Assembly: GCA_963846545.1 (NCBI GenBank)
Contig: CAWJWG010000001.1
Location: 1,162,055-1,226,054 of the forward strand
Source of the DNA: an uncultured Gemmatimonadales bacterium
GTDB taxonomy: Bacteria > Gemmatimonadota > Gemmatimonadetes > Gemmatimonadales > GWC2-71-9
DNA: 64,000 nucleotides
Direction: 5' to 3'
Below the pieces are notes generated by a model. It made no database searches. It was given only the letters and a program-made list of their open reading frames with translations, and had not been told where the DNA came from. Position numbers and translations under genes: made by a program. Every line of letters starts with the position of its first letter. Positions within the stretch are counted from its first letter, which is position 1. Positions 40,712 to 50,532 of this stretch are shown here, one piece after another.

Positions 40712-42946
40712 GCCATCGTCTTCTCGGTAGGGTATTGGGCCGGTCTCGCGACCGGCCTTCTGCATTTCGGGAGCCCGCTCGGCGTGGGAACGGTGGCGCT
40801 CGCTGTGGCCCTCGCCCGGTTCCCGTTCGGATCGTTGGCTGCCGGCGGCCTGCTGGCCGGCCGCGTCAGCGGAGAAGTCGCCGCTGCCGTGGATCGGACG
40901 CAGTGCGCCTCCCGCTTCCCCACGGGAGCGGTCCGGCTTCGCGTCCGCGTTCTGGAGCCAACGGACGTGGGCGGCGGCCGCGTCGCGGTGAAACCCCACG
41001 CTGACTGTCGCGGCCCCGTGGCGGCTTCCTGGGCCCGTGGGCGGCCGGTGCTGGCCGGTCAGGTTGCCCTGGTCGAGGGCCGGTGGGTCCCGCGCCCCGG
41101 GCTCGGCGGGCGTCCCGGCGGCATGCTCGTGATCGACAAGGCGAGCCTTCTCCAAGCGAGGCCGGGGCCGGCGGATCGTCTCAACAACTATCTCTACGCG
41201 GCGAGCCATCGCTTGTATGGCGAGCGCGCCGGGATGATCGATGCGCTGATCCTCGGCCGCAGAGGCGGCATCGATCGCGCGTTGCAGGATCAATTCGCAC
41301 GCGCCGGCCTGGTCCACCTGCTCTCGATCTCCGGCTTTCACGTCGGGCTCATCACGGCCTGGGTGTTCCTCTCCGGCCGGCTCGCACGGCTCAGCCGGTC
41401 CCACGCGCTCATCCTCGCCGCCGCCGTCAGCGCGGCGTACGTCGCCTTTCTCGGCTGGCCGGCCCCCGCGGCGCGGGCGGCCGCCCTCGCGGCGGTGCTC
41501 GCCCGCTGCCGGACGGGGCAGCGCCACGTTCAGCCCGACTCGTTGCTCGCCGCCACCTGCCTCCTGGTACTGCTTGTCGATCCTTGGGCCGCGCTCGACC
41601 TCGGAGGGTGGCTCTCCGCCGCCGCGCTCTGGGGAGCCTCGCATTTCAGCCGGTGGTCGGATCGAGTGTTCGGCACTGGCTTCCTGGCGCGAACCGCCGC
41701 GTCCTCACTCGGCGCCACGCTCGCGACGGCCCCGATCACGGCAGCTTTCCTTGGCACGGTCGCGCTGGCCGGGCTGATCCTCAACTTCCCGGCCATTCCC
41801 GTCGCGGCGGTCGCGGTCCCAGGCGTCCTGGCCAGCTTGATCCTCGATGGGATATGGCCAGCCGCCGCAGAGGCGCTTGCCGCCGGTTCGGGCCTGGGCC
41901 TGCACGTTCTGGAGTGGTGCGCGGTCGCGGGGGCGGCCATCCCCGCCGGTCACTTCCAGCTCGAGTCGTTCTCCGTCCAGGCCGTCGTTCCGTGGGTCGG
42001 GCTGCTGGCTGTGGCGCTGTGGGTCATCGGCGACCGCAACACCGCGGGGGAGGCGGCCCGGCGGCTCGCGTGGAGCGGAACCGCGGCCGCCTGGCTGCAC
42101 CTGTTGGCTCGCATGCCGCTCGCGTCGCCTGACGGGGGTCGTGGCCTCGCGTTACATTTTCTCGACGTGGGGCAAGGGGACGGGGCGGCGGTCCGGACTC
42201 CCGGCGGGCACTGGCTCGTCATCGACGCCGGGCCCGCCGGGGAGCGAGACGATGCGGGGCGGCGGGTGGTGGTGCCGTTTCTGGAGCGGCATGGCGTCCG
42301 CGCCCTGTCCGCGCTCGTCGTCTCCCACCCGCACGCCGACCACATGGGTGGCGTGGGGTCGGTCCTCCGCCGGTTCCCGGTGGGGGTGGTAGTCGAACCC
42401 GCCGGTCCGTTCGCGGATCCGTCCTACGCGGCGATGCTCACGCGCCTCGACCGTGACGGCATCAGATGGCACCCGGCCCGCTCGGGGGAGCGCTTCGTCC
42501 TGGACCGGGTGACCTTCACGGTGCTGCATCCGGCGGCCGATTGGGTGGGGTGGGGAACCGACGTGAACGAGGACTCGGTCGTCCTGCTCGTCACCTACGG
42601 CGACTTCGAGGCCTTGTTCACCGGTGATGCCGGATTCCCGGCCGAGGCGGCGCTCCGGGGTGCGATGCGTCGGGTGGACCTCCTGAAGGTGGGGCACCAC
42701 GGCAGTCGCGGCAGCACGGGGGAGGAACTGCTCGATTCGCTCGATGCGGTGGCCGCCGTGGTCTCCGTCGGGCGAAACGACTATGGGCACCCGGCGCCGG
42801 CCACGCTGGCTCGTCTGGCCGCCCATGGTGTGCGGGTGTTCCGCACCGACCGGGATGGCCAGATCACCGTCACCACCGATGGCAGCAGCATGACGATCTC
42901 GTCCGCACAGGGCGACCTGACGTATCCGGTGAAGCGCGCGGACTAG
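40697..42946 (+). CDS. comEC: DNA internalisation competence protein ComEC/Rec2 (with metallo-beta-lactamase domain)
   Basis: Polytopic protein with the competence-domain motif 'GLVHLLSISGFHVG' and a C-terminal MBL domain ('VSHPHADHMGG', 'KVGHHGS'). The start is uncertain: GTG 40697 or ATG 40619. Confidence 0.85.
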   Translation: MRPRPAIVFSVGYWAGLATGLLHFGSPLGVGTVALAVALARFPFGSLAAGGLLAGRVSGEVAAAVDRTQCASRFPTGAVRLRVRVLEPTDVGGGRVAVKPHADCRGPVAASWARGRPVLAGQVALVEGRWVPRPGLGGRPGGMLVIDKASLLQARPGPADRLNNYLYAASHRLYGERAGMIDALILGRRGGIDRALQDQFARAGLVHLLSISGFHVGLITAWVFLSGRLARLSRSHALILAAAVSAAYVAFLGWPAPAARAAALAAVLARCRTGQRHVQPDSLLAATCLLVLLVDPWAALDLGGWLSAAALWGASHFSRWSDRVFGTGFLARTAASSLGATLATAPITAAFLGTVALAGLILNFPAIPVAAVAVPGVLASLILDGIWPAAAEALAAGSGLGLHVLEWCAVAGAAIPAGHFQLESFSVQAVVPWVGLLAVALWVIGDRNTAGEAARRLAWSGTAAAWLHLLARMPLASPDGGRGLALHFLDVGQGDGAAVRTPGGHWLVIDAGPAGERDDAGRRVVVPFLERHGVRALSALVVSHPHADHMGGVGSVLRRFPVGVVVEPAGPFADPSYAAMLTRLDRDGIRWHPARSGERFVLDRVTFTVLHPAADWVGWGTDVNEDSVVLLVTYGDFEALFTGDAGFPAEAALRGAMRRVDLLKVGHHGSRGSTGEELLDSLDAVAAVVSVGRNDYGHPAPATLARLAAHGVRVFRTDRDGQITVTTDGSSMTISSAQGDLTYPVKRAD

Positions 42947-42982
42947 CGCATCACGTCCATCGAATCATTACCCGGGGGCTTC

Positions 42983-44026
42983 GTGCAGACGTCCGTCACC
43001 ACCATCGAGCGCTTCATCTTCGATCAGGAGCACCGGTATCCCGAGGCGACCGGCGAGCTGTCGAACCTGCTCTACGACATCGCCCTCGCGGCCAAGATCA
43101 TCGCGGCGGCGATCCGGCGGGCCGGCCTGGTCAACATCCTGGGGACGGCCGGCGCCAAGAACGTGCAGGGCGAAGAGCAGCAGAAGCTCGACGTCATCGC
43201 CAACGAGACGATCAAGAACTGCCTCAATCACACCGGCCGGGTCTGTGTGATGGGCTCGGAGGAAGACGAGGAAATCGTCCCGGTCCCTCCCGAGTATCCG
43301 GTCGGCAAATACGCGGTGCTCTTCGATCCCCTCGATGGCTCCTCCAACATCGACGTGAACGCGGCGGTCGGAACGATCTTCAGCATCTACCGCCGCGTGA
43401 GCATGGAGGGCCGCGGCACGGTGGCGGATGTCCTGCAGCCCGGGTGCAAGCAGGTGGCGGCCGGCTACGTGATGTACGGCTCCAGCACCATGCTGGTCTA
43501 CACCACGGGGCAGGGCGTGCACGGATTCACGCTCGACCCCACGATCGGTGAATTCCTCCTGTCCCACCCCAAGATCGTCACGCCGCGCATCGGCATGTAT
43601 TACAGCGTGAACGAGAGCAACTTCGGCCGGTGGGATCGCTCGATGCAGTCGGCGGTCCGCGGTCTCAAGGGCGACACGCCCGATCTCATGAAGCCCAAGA
43701 ACAGTCGGTATGTCGGATCGCTGGTCGCCGACTTTCACCGGAACCTCATCGCGGGCGGGATCTTCCTCTATCCCAGCGACACGCGAAATCCTCAGGGCAA
43801 GCTCCGGCTGCTCTACGAGGGCAGCCCCATGGCCTTCATCGCCGAGCAGGCCGAGGGCTCCGCGACCGACGGCCTCAATCGGATCCTCGACATCATCCCC
43901 CACCATCTCCATCAGCGCACCCCGCTGGTGATCGGAAGCCGCGAAGACGTCGGGTTCGTCGCCGATGCCCTGCGGCGCGTGGAGTCGGTGCGCGCTAGCG
44001 GGCCAGTCGTTCAGCCGGCGCTGTGA
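42983..44026 (+). CDS. fbp: Fructose-1,6-bisphosphatase class 1
   Basis: 347 aa with '[13 protein letters not shown]', 'GSSTMLVYT' and '[19 protein letters not shown]'-like. Confidence 0.9.
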   Translation: MQTSVTTIERFIFDQEHRYPEATGELSNLLYDIALAAKIIAAAIRRAGLVNILGTAGAKNVQGEEQQKLDVIANETIKNCLNHTGRVCVMGSEEDEEIVPVPPEYPVGKYAVLFDPLDGSSNIDVNAAVGTIFSIYRRVSMEGRGTVADVLQPGCKQVAAGYVMYGSSTMLVYTTGQGVHGFTLDPTIGEFLLSHPKIVTPRIGMYYSVNESNFGRWDRSMQSAVRGLKGDTPDLMKPKNSRYVGSLVADFHRNLIAGGIFLYPSDTRNPQGKLRLLYEGSPMAFIAEQAEGSATDGLNRILDIIPHHLHQRTPLVIGSREDVGFVADALRRVESVRASGPVVQPAL

Positions 44027-45559
44027 AGAAGGTTTACGGCCCGGAGGACTGGGCCGGGGACCCGGCTCGCGACCTGGGCCGCCCGGGCGAGTTCCCCTTC
44101 ACCCGCGGCGTGTATCCGGAGATGTATGCCGGCCGGCTCTGGACGATGCGCCAGTACGCCGGCTTCGGCACCGCCCGCGAGACCAACCTGCGTTTCCGCC
44201 AGCTCCTCGCCGCCGGCCAGAGCGGGCTCTCGACCGCGTTCGACCTGCCGACGCAGATGGGCTACGACTCGGACCACCCGATGGCGCACGGTGAGGTCGG
44301 ACGCGTAGGTGTCGCCATCGACACGGTCGAGGACCTCGGCGAGCTGTTCCGTGAGATCCCCCTGGACCGCGTCTCCACCTCGATGACCATCAATGCCACG
44401 GCGGCGATCCTGCTCGCGATGTACGTGGTGGTGGGCGAGGAGCAGGGCGTGCCGCGAACGAAGCTCACGGGCACGGTGCAGAACGACGTGCTCAAGGAGT
44501 ACGTGGCACGAGGCACGTACATCTACCCCGCCGAGCCGAGCCTGCGGCTGGTGGCCGACATCTTCCGCTTCGTCACCGACGAAGGGATGAGCTTCAATCC
44601 GATCTCCATCAGCGGTTACCACATGCGCGAGGCCGGCGCGACCGCGATCCAGGAGGTGGGCTTCACCCTCGCCAACGCGCTGGAGTACGTGCGCGTGGCC
44701 GTCGCCGCCGGTATCCCCGTGGACGCGTTCGGTCCCCGGCTCAGCTTCTTCTTCGCCAGTCACAACGACCTGTTCGAGGAGGCGGCGAAGTTCCGAGCCG
44801 CGCGGCGGCTCTGGGCGCAGCTGATCCGGGAACGGCATGGCGCCGGCGATGCAACGGCCCGCCTCCGCTTCCACACCCAGACCGGCGGGGTGACCCTCCA
44901 GGCGCAGCAACCGCTCGCCAACGTGGTTCGAGTGACGGTGCAGGCGCTGGCCGCCACGCTGGGCGGCACCCAGTCGCTCCATACCAACGGGTATGACGAG
45001 GCGCTGGCGCTTCCGACCGAGCAGTCCGCCACGCTCGCGCTCCGCACGCAGCAGATCCTGGCCTACGAGAGCGGGATGGCCAGCGTGGTGGACCCGCTCG
45101 CCGGCAGCTACTACGTCGAAGCTCTCACCGACGAGATACAGGCGGGGGCGCTCGACCTGATCCGTCAGGTGGACGAGATCGGGGGTGCGGCGCAAGGCGA
45201 TCGAGCGTGGGTTCTTCCAGGAGGCGATCGCCGCGAGCGCCTACGAGCTGCAGCGGCGACAAGAATCCGGCGACCTCGTGGTGGTGGGCGTGAACCGGTT
45301 CACCGACGGCTCCGCGCCGCCTGCCATCGAGACGCCCGACTACTCGGCCCTCGAAGCCGATCAGCGCGCGCGCCTGTCGTCGGTGCGGACGCGCCGGGAT
45401 CAGGCGGCGGTCACCCAGGCGCTCTCGGCCATTCGCGGGGCCGCCGGAGGCACCGCGGGGCTGATGAATCCGATCCTCGATGCGGTTCGGGTTCGGGCCA
45501 GCCTGGGCGAGATCAGTGACGCGCTCCGGGCCGCATGGGGGGTCTATCGGCCGGCATGA
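44023..45559 (+). pseudogene. Methylmalonyl-CoA mutase-family catalytic (N-terminal) subunit, with the reading frame broken once (possibly a sequence artefact)
   Basis: '[26 protein letters not shown]', '[17 protein letters not shown]' and '[12 protein letters not shown]'. After 'QVDEIGG', at the G5 run 45181-45185, the conserved continuation '(V)[22 protein letters not shown]...VGVNRF' is in the +1 frame (listed ORF 45185..45559). Confidence 0.8.
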
Positions 45560-45640
45560 GCGCTCCCGCGCCTGCTTGAACCGCCGCTCTATGGCGGCTA
45601 ACTTCCGCTGCTGATTTCGTTTATCTCTTAGCGAGCGCCG

Positions 45641-45976
45641 ATGCCGACCTACGAATATGAATGCCCCGAAGGCCACGCCTTCGAGAAATTCCAGAGGATC
45701 ACCGAGAAGCCCCGCACCAAGTGCCCGGTCTGCGGGAAGGTCGCCACCCGGAAGATCTCGGGTGGCGCCGGCCTGGTCTTCCGTGGAAGCGGATTTTACA
45801 TCACCGACTACGGCAAGGACGGGAAAGGTCCCCGAAAGGCGGAGTCGGAGAAGCCGGCGGAGAAGCCGGCAGAGAGCAAGACCGACAGCGCCGCGAAGGA
45901 GTCCAAGTCCAAGCAGGAGTCGTCCGGGCCCAAGCCGTCTCCCGGGAAGGGCGGGGGTAAGGCGTCGAAGGAGTGA
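45641..45976 (+). CDS. FmdB-family zinc-ribbon protein with a Lys/Glu/Ser/Pro-rich tail
   Basis: 'MPTYEYECPEGHAFEKFQRITEKPRTKCPVCG' fits the FmdB pattern, with C-x3-H in place of the first CxxC. The C-terminal ~55 aa are low-complexity. Confidence 0.7.
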   Translation: MPTYEYECPEGHAFEKFQRITEKPRTKCPVCGKVATRKISGGAGLVFRGSGFYITDYGKDGKGPRKAESEKPAEKPAESKTDSAAKESKSKQESSGPKPSPGKGGGKASKE

Positions 45977-47616
45977 GCGACACCATCCGCGCCGAGCTCG
46001 AGCGCGTCGCCGCCGGATTCGGGGCCGACGGACTCGAGTTCGTTCTCGAGCGGCCCCGCGATGCCGGACATGGGGACCTCGCCACCAACCTCGCCATGCT
46101 GCTCGCGCGGCGCGAGCGGGTGAACCCACGCGAGATGGCCGCTCGCGTGGTCGAGCGGCTCCGGTTTCCCGCCACCGTCGTGTCGCGCGCGGAGATCGCG
46201 GGGCCGGGATTCATCAACCTCTGGCTGGCCGAGAATCAGCTGGCCGACTCGGTCGCGGAGATCCTGGCGCAGGGCAAGGCCTACGGCCGCTCGGCCGAAG
46301 GCGCGCGACTCAAGGTCAACATCGAGTTCGTCTCCGCCAACCCGACCGGCCCCCTGCACGTGGGACACGGTCGCGGCGCGGCGCTGGGCGACGCCATCGC
46401 GTCGCTATTCGAGTGGACGGGACACACGGTCACCCGCGAGTTCTACATCAACGACGCCGGCCTCCAGATCGATCGACTGGCGTCGAGTCTCTGGGCCCGG
46501 GTGAAGCAGGAGACCGGCCTCCAGGCGCAGATCCCGGAGGGCGGGTACCACGGGGAATACCTTCGCGACAACGCCCGCCACGTGCTGGCGGCGGAAGGGC
46601 CGGACTTCGCCCGACTGCCCGACGACGAGGGGATTCGTCGCGCGCGCGCCCTCGGCATCCGGATGCAGCGCGAGGAGCAGGACCGCGACCTGGCCGACTT
46701 CGGCGTTCACTTCGACGTGATGAGCTCGGAGCAGGCCATCTACGACGCCGGGCGAGTCGAGCGTGCGATCGCGCTCCTGGGGGAGCGCGGGCTCACCTAT
46801 GAGGCCGATGGCGCGCTCTGGCTCCGAACCACCCAGTTCGGCGACGATAAGGATCGGGTGCTGCGGAAGGGCGACGGATCACTCACCTACCTCGTCCCCG
46901 ACATCGCCTACCACATCGACAAGCACGAGCGCGGCTTCGACCGCGCGATCGACGTCTGGGGCGCCGACCACCACGGCTACATCCCGCGCATGCGCGGGGT
47001 GCTCGTGGCGCTCGGCTACCCGCCCGACTTCTTCGGCGTCGAGCTGGTGCAGCTGGTCAAGGTGCTGCGCGACGGCGAAGAGGTGAAGATGTCCAAGCGG
47101 TCCGGCGAGTTCGTCACCCTTCGGGACCTGGTCGAGGAGGTCGGGGTGGACGCGGCCCGCTACTTCTTTCTGGCGAGGAAGGGCGCGAGCCCTCTGGACT
47201 TCGAGATCGAGCTGGCGAAGAAGCAGACCGACGAGAATCCGGTCTTCTACGTCCAGATGGCCCACGCGCGGTTGAGCGGGATTTTCCGGACGGCCGAGCG
47301 CGAACCGGAGGGGCTGACCGGCGAGCTGGATCCCGCGGCTCTCCCCGCGCCCCAGGACACCGAGCTGCTCAAGAAGCTGGTGACCTTTCCCGAGGCCGTG
47401 GCCAAGGCCGCGCGCGAGCGCGAGCCGCACCGGATCACGGTCTTCCTGCATGAGCTGGCCGGCGTCGTGCATGGCTGGTATCACCACACCCGCGCCGTGG
47501 GCGCCCCCGAGGGCCTGGCGACCGAAAACGCCCGGCTGCTGCTCGCACGCGCGGCGCGCATCGTCCTGGCCAACGGCCTGACCCTCCTCGGTATCTCCGC
47601 TCCCGATCGGATGTGA
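45973..47616 (+). CDS. argS: Arginine--tRNA ligase
   Basis: 547 aa with 'SANPTGPLHVGHGRGA' (HIGH motif) and 'KMSKRSG' (KMSKS motif). The GTG overlaps the upstream stop. Confidence 0.95.
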   Translation: MSDTIRAELERVAAGFGADGLEFVLERPRDAGHGDLATNLAMLLARRERVNPREMAARVVERLRFPATVVSRAEIAGPGFINLWLAENQLADSVAEILAQGKAYGRSAEGARLKVNIEFVSANPTGPLHVGHGRGAALGDAIASLFEWTGHTVTREFYINDAGLQIDRLASSLWARVKQETGLQAQIPEGGYHGEYLRDNARHVLAAEGPDFARLPDDEGIRRARALGIRMQREEQDRDLADFGVHFDVMSSEQAIYDAGRVERAIALLGERGLTYEADGALWLRTTQFGDDKDRVLRKGDGSLTYLVPDIAYHIDKHERGFDRAIDVWGADHHGYIPRMRGVLVALGYPPDFFGVELVQLVKVLRDGEEVKMSKRSGEFVTLRDLVEEVGVDAARYFFLARKGASPLDFEIELAKKQTDENPVFYVQMAHARLSGIFRTAEREPEGLTGELDPAALPAPQDTELLKKLVTFPEAVAKAAREREPHRITVFLHELAGVVHGWYHHTRAVGAPEGLATENARLLLARAARIVLANGLTLLGISAPDRM

Positions 47617-47620
47617 CCTG

Positions 47621-48538
47621 ATGAGCCTTCTCGTCGTGGGCAGCGTCGCGCTGGACTCGATCTTCACGCCATTCGGCGAGACGGCCGACGCGCTGGGCGG
47701 ATCGGCGGTGTACTTCGCGGTCGCCGGCTCGGTGCTCCACCCGGTGCAGGTGGTCGGTGTGGTGGGCGGCGACTACCCGGTGCACGAGCTCGAGCGCCTG
47801 TCCGCCCGGGGGATCGACTGGTCGGGCGTCGAGCGCGCGGAGGGCGAGAGCTTCCGCTGGAAAGGGAAATACAGCTACGACCTGCAGAGCCGGGAGACGC
47901 TGGAGACGCGGCTGGGGGTGTTCGCCCACTTTCAGCCGAAGATCCCGGATGCGTTCCGCGCGGCCGAGTACGTGTTCCTTGGCAACATCGATCCCGAGCT
48001 CCAGATCGGCGTCCTCGGACAGGTGCAGCAGCCGAAGCTCGTGGTCTGCGACACGATGAACTACTGGATCCAGAGCAAGAAGAGCACGTTGCTCGACCTG
48101 CTGTCCCGCGTGGACGTCCTGATGGTGAACGACGGCGAGGCGCGTGAGCTGAGCGGCGACTGGAACATCCATCGTGCGGGGCGCTGGATTTTGAGCCAGG
48201 GCCCCAGCCGCGTGGTGATCAAGCAGGGGGAATACGGCGCCCTGCTGATCGAACAGTCGCGGACATTCTATGTACCGGCGTTCCCGCTCGAGACCGTGTA
48301 CGATCCGACCGGCGCCGGCGACGCCTTCGCGGGCGGATTCATGGCCTACCTGGCTCGCACCGGCTTGGTCAGCGACGACAACATCCGGCGGGCCATGGTC
48401 TATGGCGCCGCCATGGGCTCGTACGCCGTGGAGCAGTTCGGCATCCGAGCGTTCGAGCATGTCGGCCTGGCGGACGTCGAGGCGCGGGTGCGGGCGTTCC
48501 AGGATCTCACCCACGTGCAGCTGGCGGAGGCGCCGTGA
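47621..48538 (+). CDS. PfkB-family carbohydrate/nucleoside kinase
   Basis: 305 aa with 'GGSAVYFA' and 'DPTGAGDAFAGGF'. Confidence 0.8.
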   Translation: MSLLVVGSVALDSIFTPFGETADALGGSAVYFAVAGSVLHPVQVVGVVGGDYPVHELERLSARGIDWSGVERAEGESFRWKGKYSYDLQSRETLETRLGVFAHFQPKIPDAFRAAEYVFLGNIDPELQIGVLGQVQQPKLVVCDTMNYWIQSKKSTLLDLLSRVDVLMVNDGEARELSGDWNIHRAGRWILSQGPSRVVIKQGEYGALLIEQSRTFYVPAFPLETVYDPTGAGDAFAGGFMAYLARTGLVSDDNIRRAMVYGAAMGSYAVEQFGIRAFEHVGLADVEARVRAFQDLTHVQLAEAP

Positions 48539-49560
48539 GCCGGCAATACGCCGACGCCGGTGTGGACCTCGAGGGCGCGGAGGCGGCCAAGGCGCGAATC
48601 GGACGCGCTGTCGCCACCACCCGCACCGAGCTCAGTGTCGGCCACATCGGCGCGTTCGGCGGGATGGTGCGCATTCCGGACGGCATGCGGCGTCCGACGC
48701 TGGTCCTCAGCACCGACGGCGTAGGCACCAAGGTGCTGGTGGCGCTCGAGGCCGGCCGCTTCGACACCGTGGGCGAAGACCTCGTCAATCACAGCGTCAA
48801 CGACATTCTGGTCCACGGCGCCACGCCGATCGCGTTCATGGACTACATCGCCGGCTCGGGGCTCGGCGTGGAGCAGATCGCCGGGTTGGTGGAAGGCATC
48901 GCCCGAGGCTGCCGAGCCCACCGCATGGCGCTCGCCGGCGGCGAGACGGCGCAGATGCCGGGTCTCTATCGCCCCGGCACCTTCGACCTCGCGGGTACCA
49001 TCGTGGGCGTGGTGGAAGAGGGAGCCGCCATCCACGGCGACGCGATCCGTCCGGGAGACGTGCTGCTGGCCTATGCGTCGAAAGGACTGCACACGAATGG
49101 GTACACTCTGGCGCGTCAGATCGTGTTCGAGCGCATGCGGCTCGGCATCGACGATCGACTGGGGGATCTGGATCGTTCCGTTGCAGACGTGCTCCTGGAC
49201 GTGCATCGGAGCTACTTCGCGAGCGTGATGCCGGTCGTCCGACAGCTCCACGGGTTGGCGCACATCACCGGTGGAGGCATTCCCGGCAACCTGGTGCGGA
49301 TATTGCCCCCCGGGTGTGAGGCGGTGGTGGACGCCACGAGCTGGGCGCTGCCGCCGTTGTTCACCATCCTGCAGCATGCGGGCGATGTCTCCATCGAGGA
49401 AATGCGCGACGTCTTCAACCTGGGCGTCGGCCTCATCGCCGTGCTGCCACCCGAGTCCGTCGCCTCCGCACAAGCGGCGGCGGCGGCGGACGGGGTCGAC
49501 ACCTGGACGATGGGCGAGATCCGACCGGGCGCGCAGACGGTGCGGTTCGGCCGCCCGTGA
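48535..49560 (+). CDS. purM: Phosphoribosylformylglycinamidine cyclo-ligase (AIR synthetase)
   Basis: 'YADAGVDLE', 'STDGVGTK', 'DLVNHSVNDIL' and 'GGETA'. Confidence 0.95.
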   Translation: MSRQYADAGVDLEGAEAAKARIGRAVATTRTELSVGHIGAFGGMVRIPDGMRRPTLVLSTDGVGTKVLVALEAGRFDTVGEDLVNHSVNDILVHGATPIAFMDYIAGSGLGVEQIAGLVEGIARGCRAHRMALAGGETAQMPGLYRPGTFDLAGTIVGVVEEGAAIHGDAIRPGDVLLAYASKGLHTNGYTLARQIVFERMRLGIDDRLGDLDRSVADVLLDVHRSYFASVMPVVRQLHGLAHITGGGIPGNLVRILPPGCEAVVDATSWALPPLFTILQHAGDVSIEEMRDVFNLGVGLIAVLPPESVASAQAAAAADGVDTWTMGEIRPGAQTVRFGRP

Positions 49561-49571
49561 GCGAGGATATC

Positions 49572-50510
49572 ATGCGCGCACCATGTCTGGCCGCCGCCTT
49601 CGGCGTCATGTTTTCCGTCTCTGCCTCAGCCCAGCAGGACCACTGCGCCGCGTTCGCCGGCAGCGCCGGTCGAATCTGCGACGCGGCCGTGGACGGCACC
49701 CGCGCCTTTCACCCGGTCGCCGGCTTGCTTGTGAGCGGGGGCAACCCCGTCCTCGGCACCGCCTCGACGCTCGGCGGACTCGGTCATTTCTCTCTGACGG
49801 CGCGCGCCAACGCCGCCGACGTGGTCCTGCCGGATCCGGGGTATGACGGCACCGCGGGCGAAGTTCCCTCGAGCGAAGAGCTGTATGCGCCGGTGCCGCT
49901 GCTGGAAGGCGCGGCCGGTGTGTTCCAGGGTCTGCCCTCCGGTCTTCTCTCCGTGGATGTGCTGGGCTCCGCCCAACTGCTTCCCACCAACCAGATCGAC
50001 CACCTGTCGGTGGATGGTGACGCCCGCCGGATCGGGGACGTAGCGCTCGGCTTCGGCTACGGGCTCCGCGTCGGGATCCTGCGCGACGAGGGCCCGCTCC
50101 CGGCCGTGTCGGTCAGCGCGATGCGACGAAACATTCCGCGCATCACATATGGCGACCTCGATGCCGGCGATGCGTACCGCTACGGCGTGGACCTGCAGGC
50201 CACGAATCTCCGGCTGGTCGCGAGCAAGCAGCTCGCGAGCCTGCAGCTCGCGGCGGGCATCGGCTGGGATCGCTACACCGGCGACGCGGACATCGAGCTG
50301 CGCGACGGGTCGGCCGATGTCCACGTGGACCTGGAGGAGAAGCGATCTCTCGCCTTCCTCAACGTCGGACTCGATCTCGCCGCCGTGACCCTCGTCGGCG
50401 AGCTCGGGTACCAGAGCGGGCGCGATCAGGAGCTCTCGACCGATTTCGAGGATTTCGACACCAGAAGCGGCCGGGTCTTCGCGGGCCTTGGCCTCCGCCT
50501 GGGCCTCTAG
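49572..50510 (+). CDS. Putative outer-membrane beta-barrel protein
   Basis: The ATG at 49572 gives the signal peptide 'MRAPCLAAAFGVMFSVSASAQQ'. Strands alternate and the protein ends 'FAGLGLRLGL'. An alternative GTG at 49557 overlaps the purM stop. Confidence 0.5.
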   Translation: MRAPCLAAAFGVMFSVSASAQQDHCAAFAGSAGRICDAAVDGTRAFHPVAGLLVSGGNPVLGTASTLGGLGHFSLTARANAADVVLPDPGYDGTAGEVPSSEELYAPVPLLEGAAGVFQGLPSGLLSVDVLGSAQLLPTNQIDHLSVDGDARRIGDVALGFGYGLRVGILRDEGPLPAVSVSAMRRNIPRITYGDLDAGDAYRYGVDLQATNLRLVASKQLASLQLAAGIGWDRYTGDADIELRDGSADVHVDLEEKRSLAFLNVGLDLAAVTLVGELGYQSGRDQELSTDFEDFDTRSGRVFAGLGLRLGL

Positions 50511-50532
50511 CCGCGTGGACGAGCGGGAGGCG

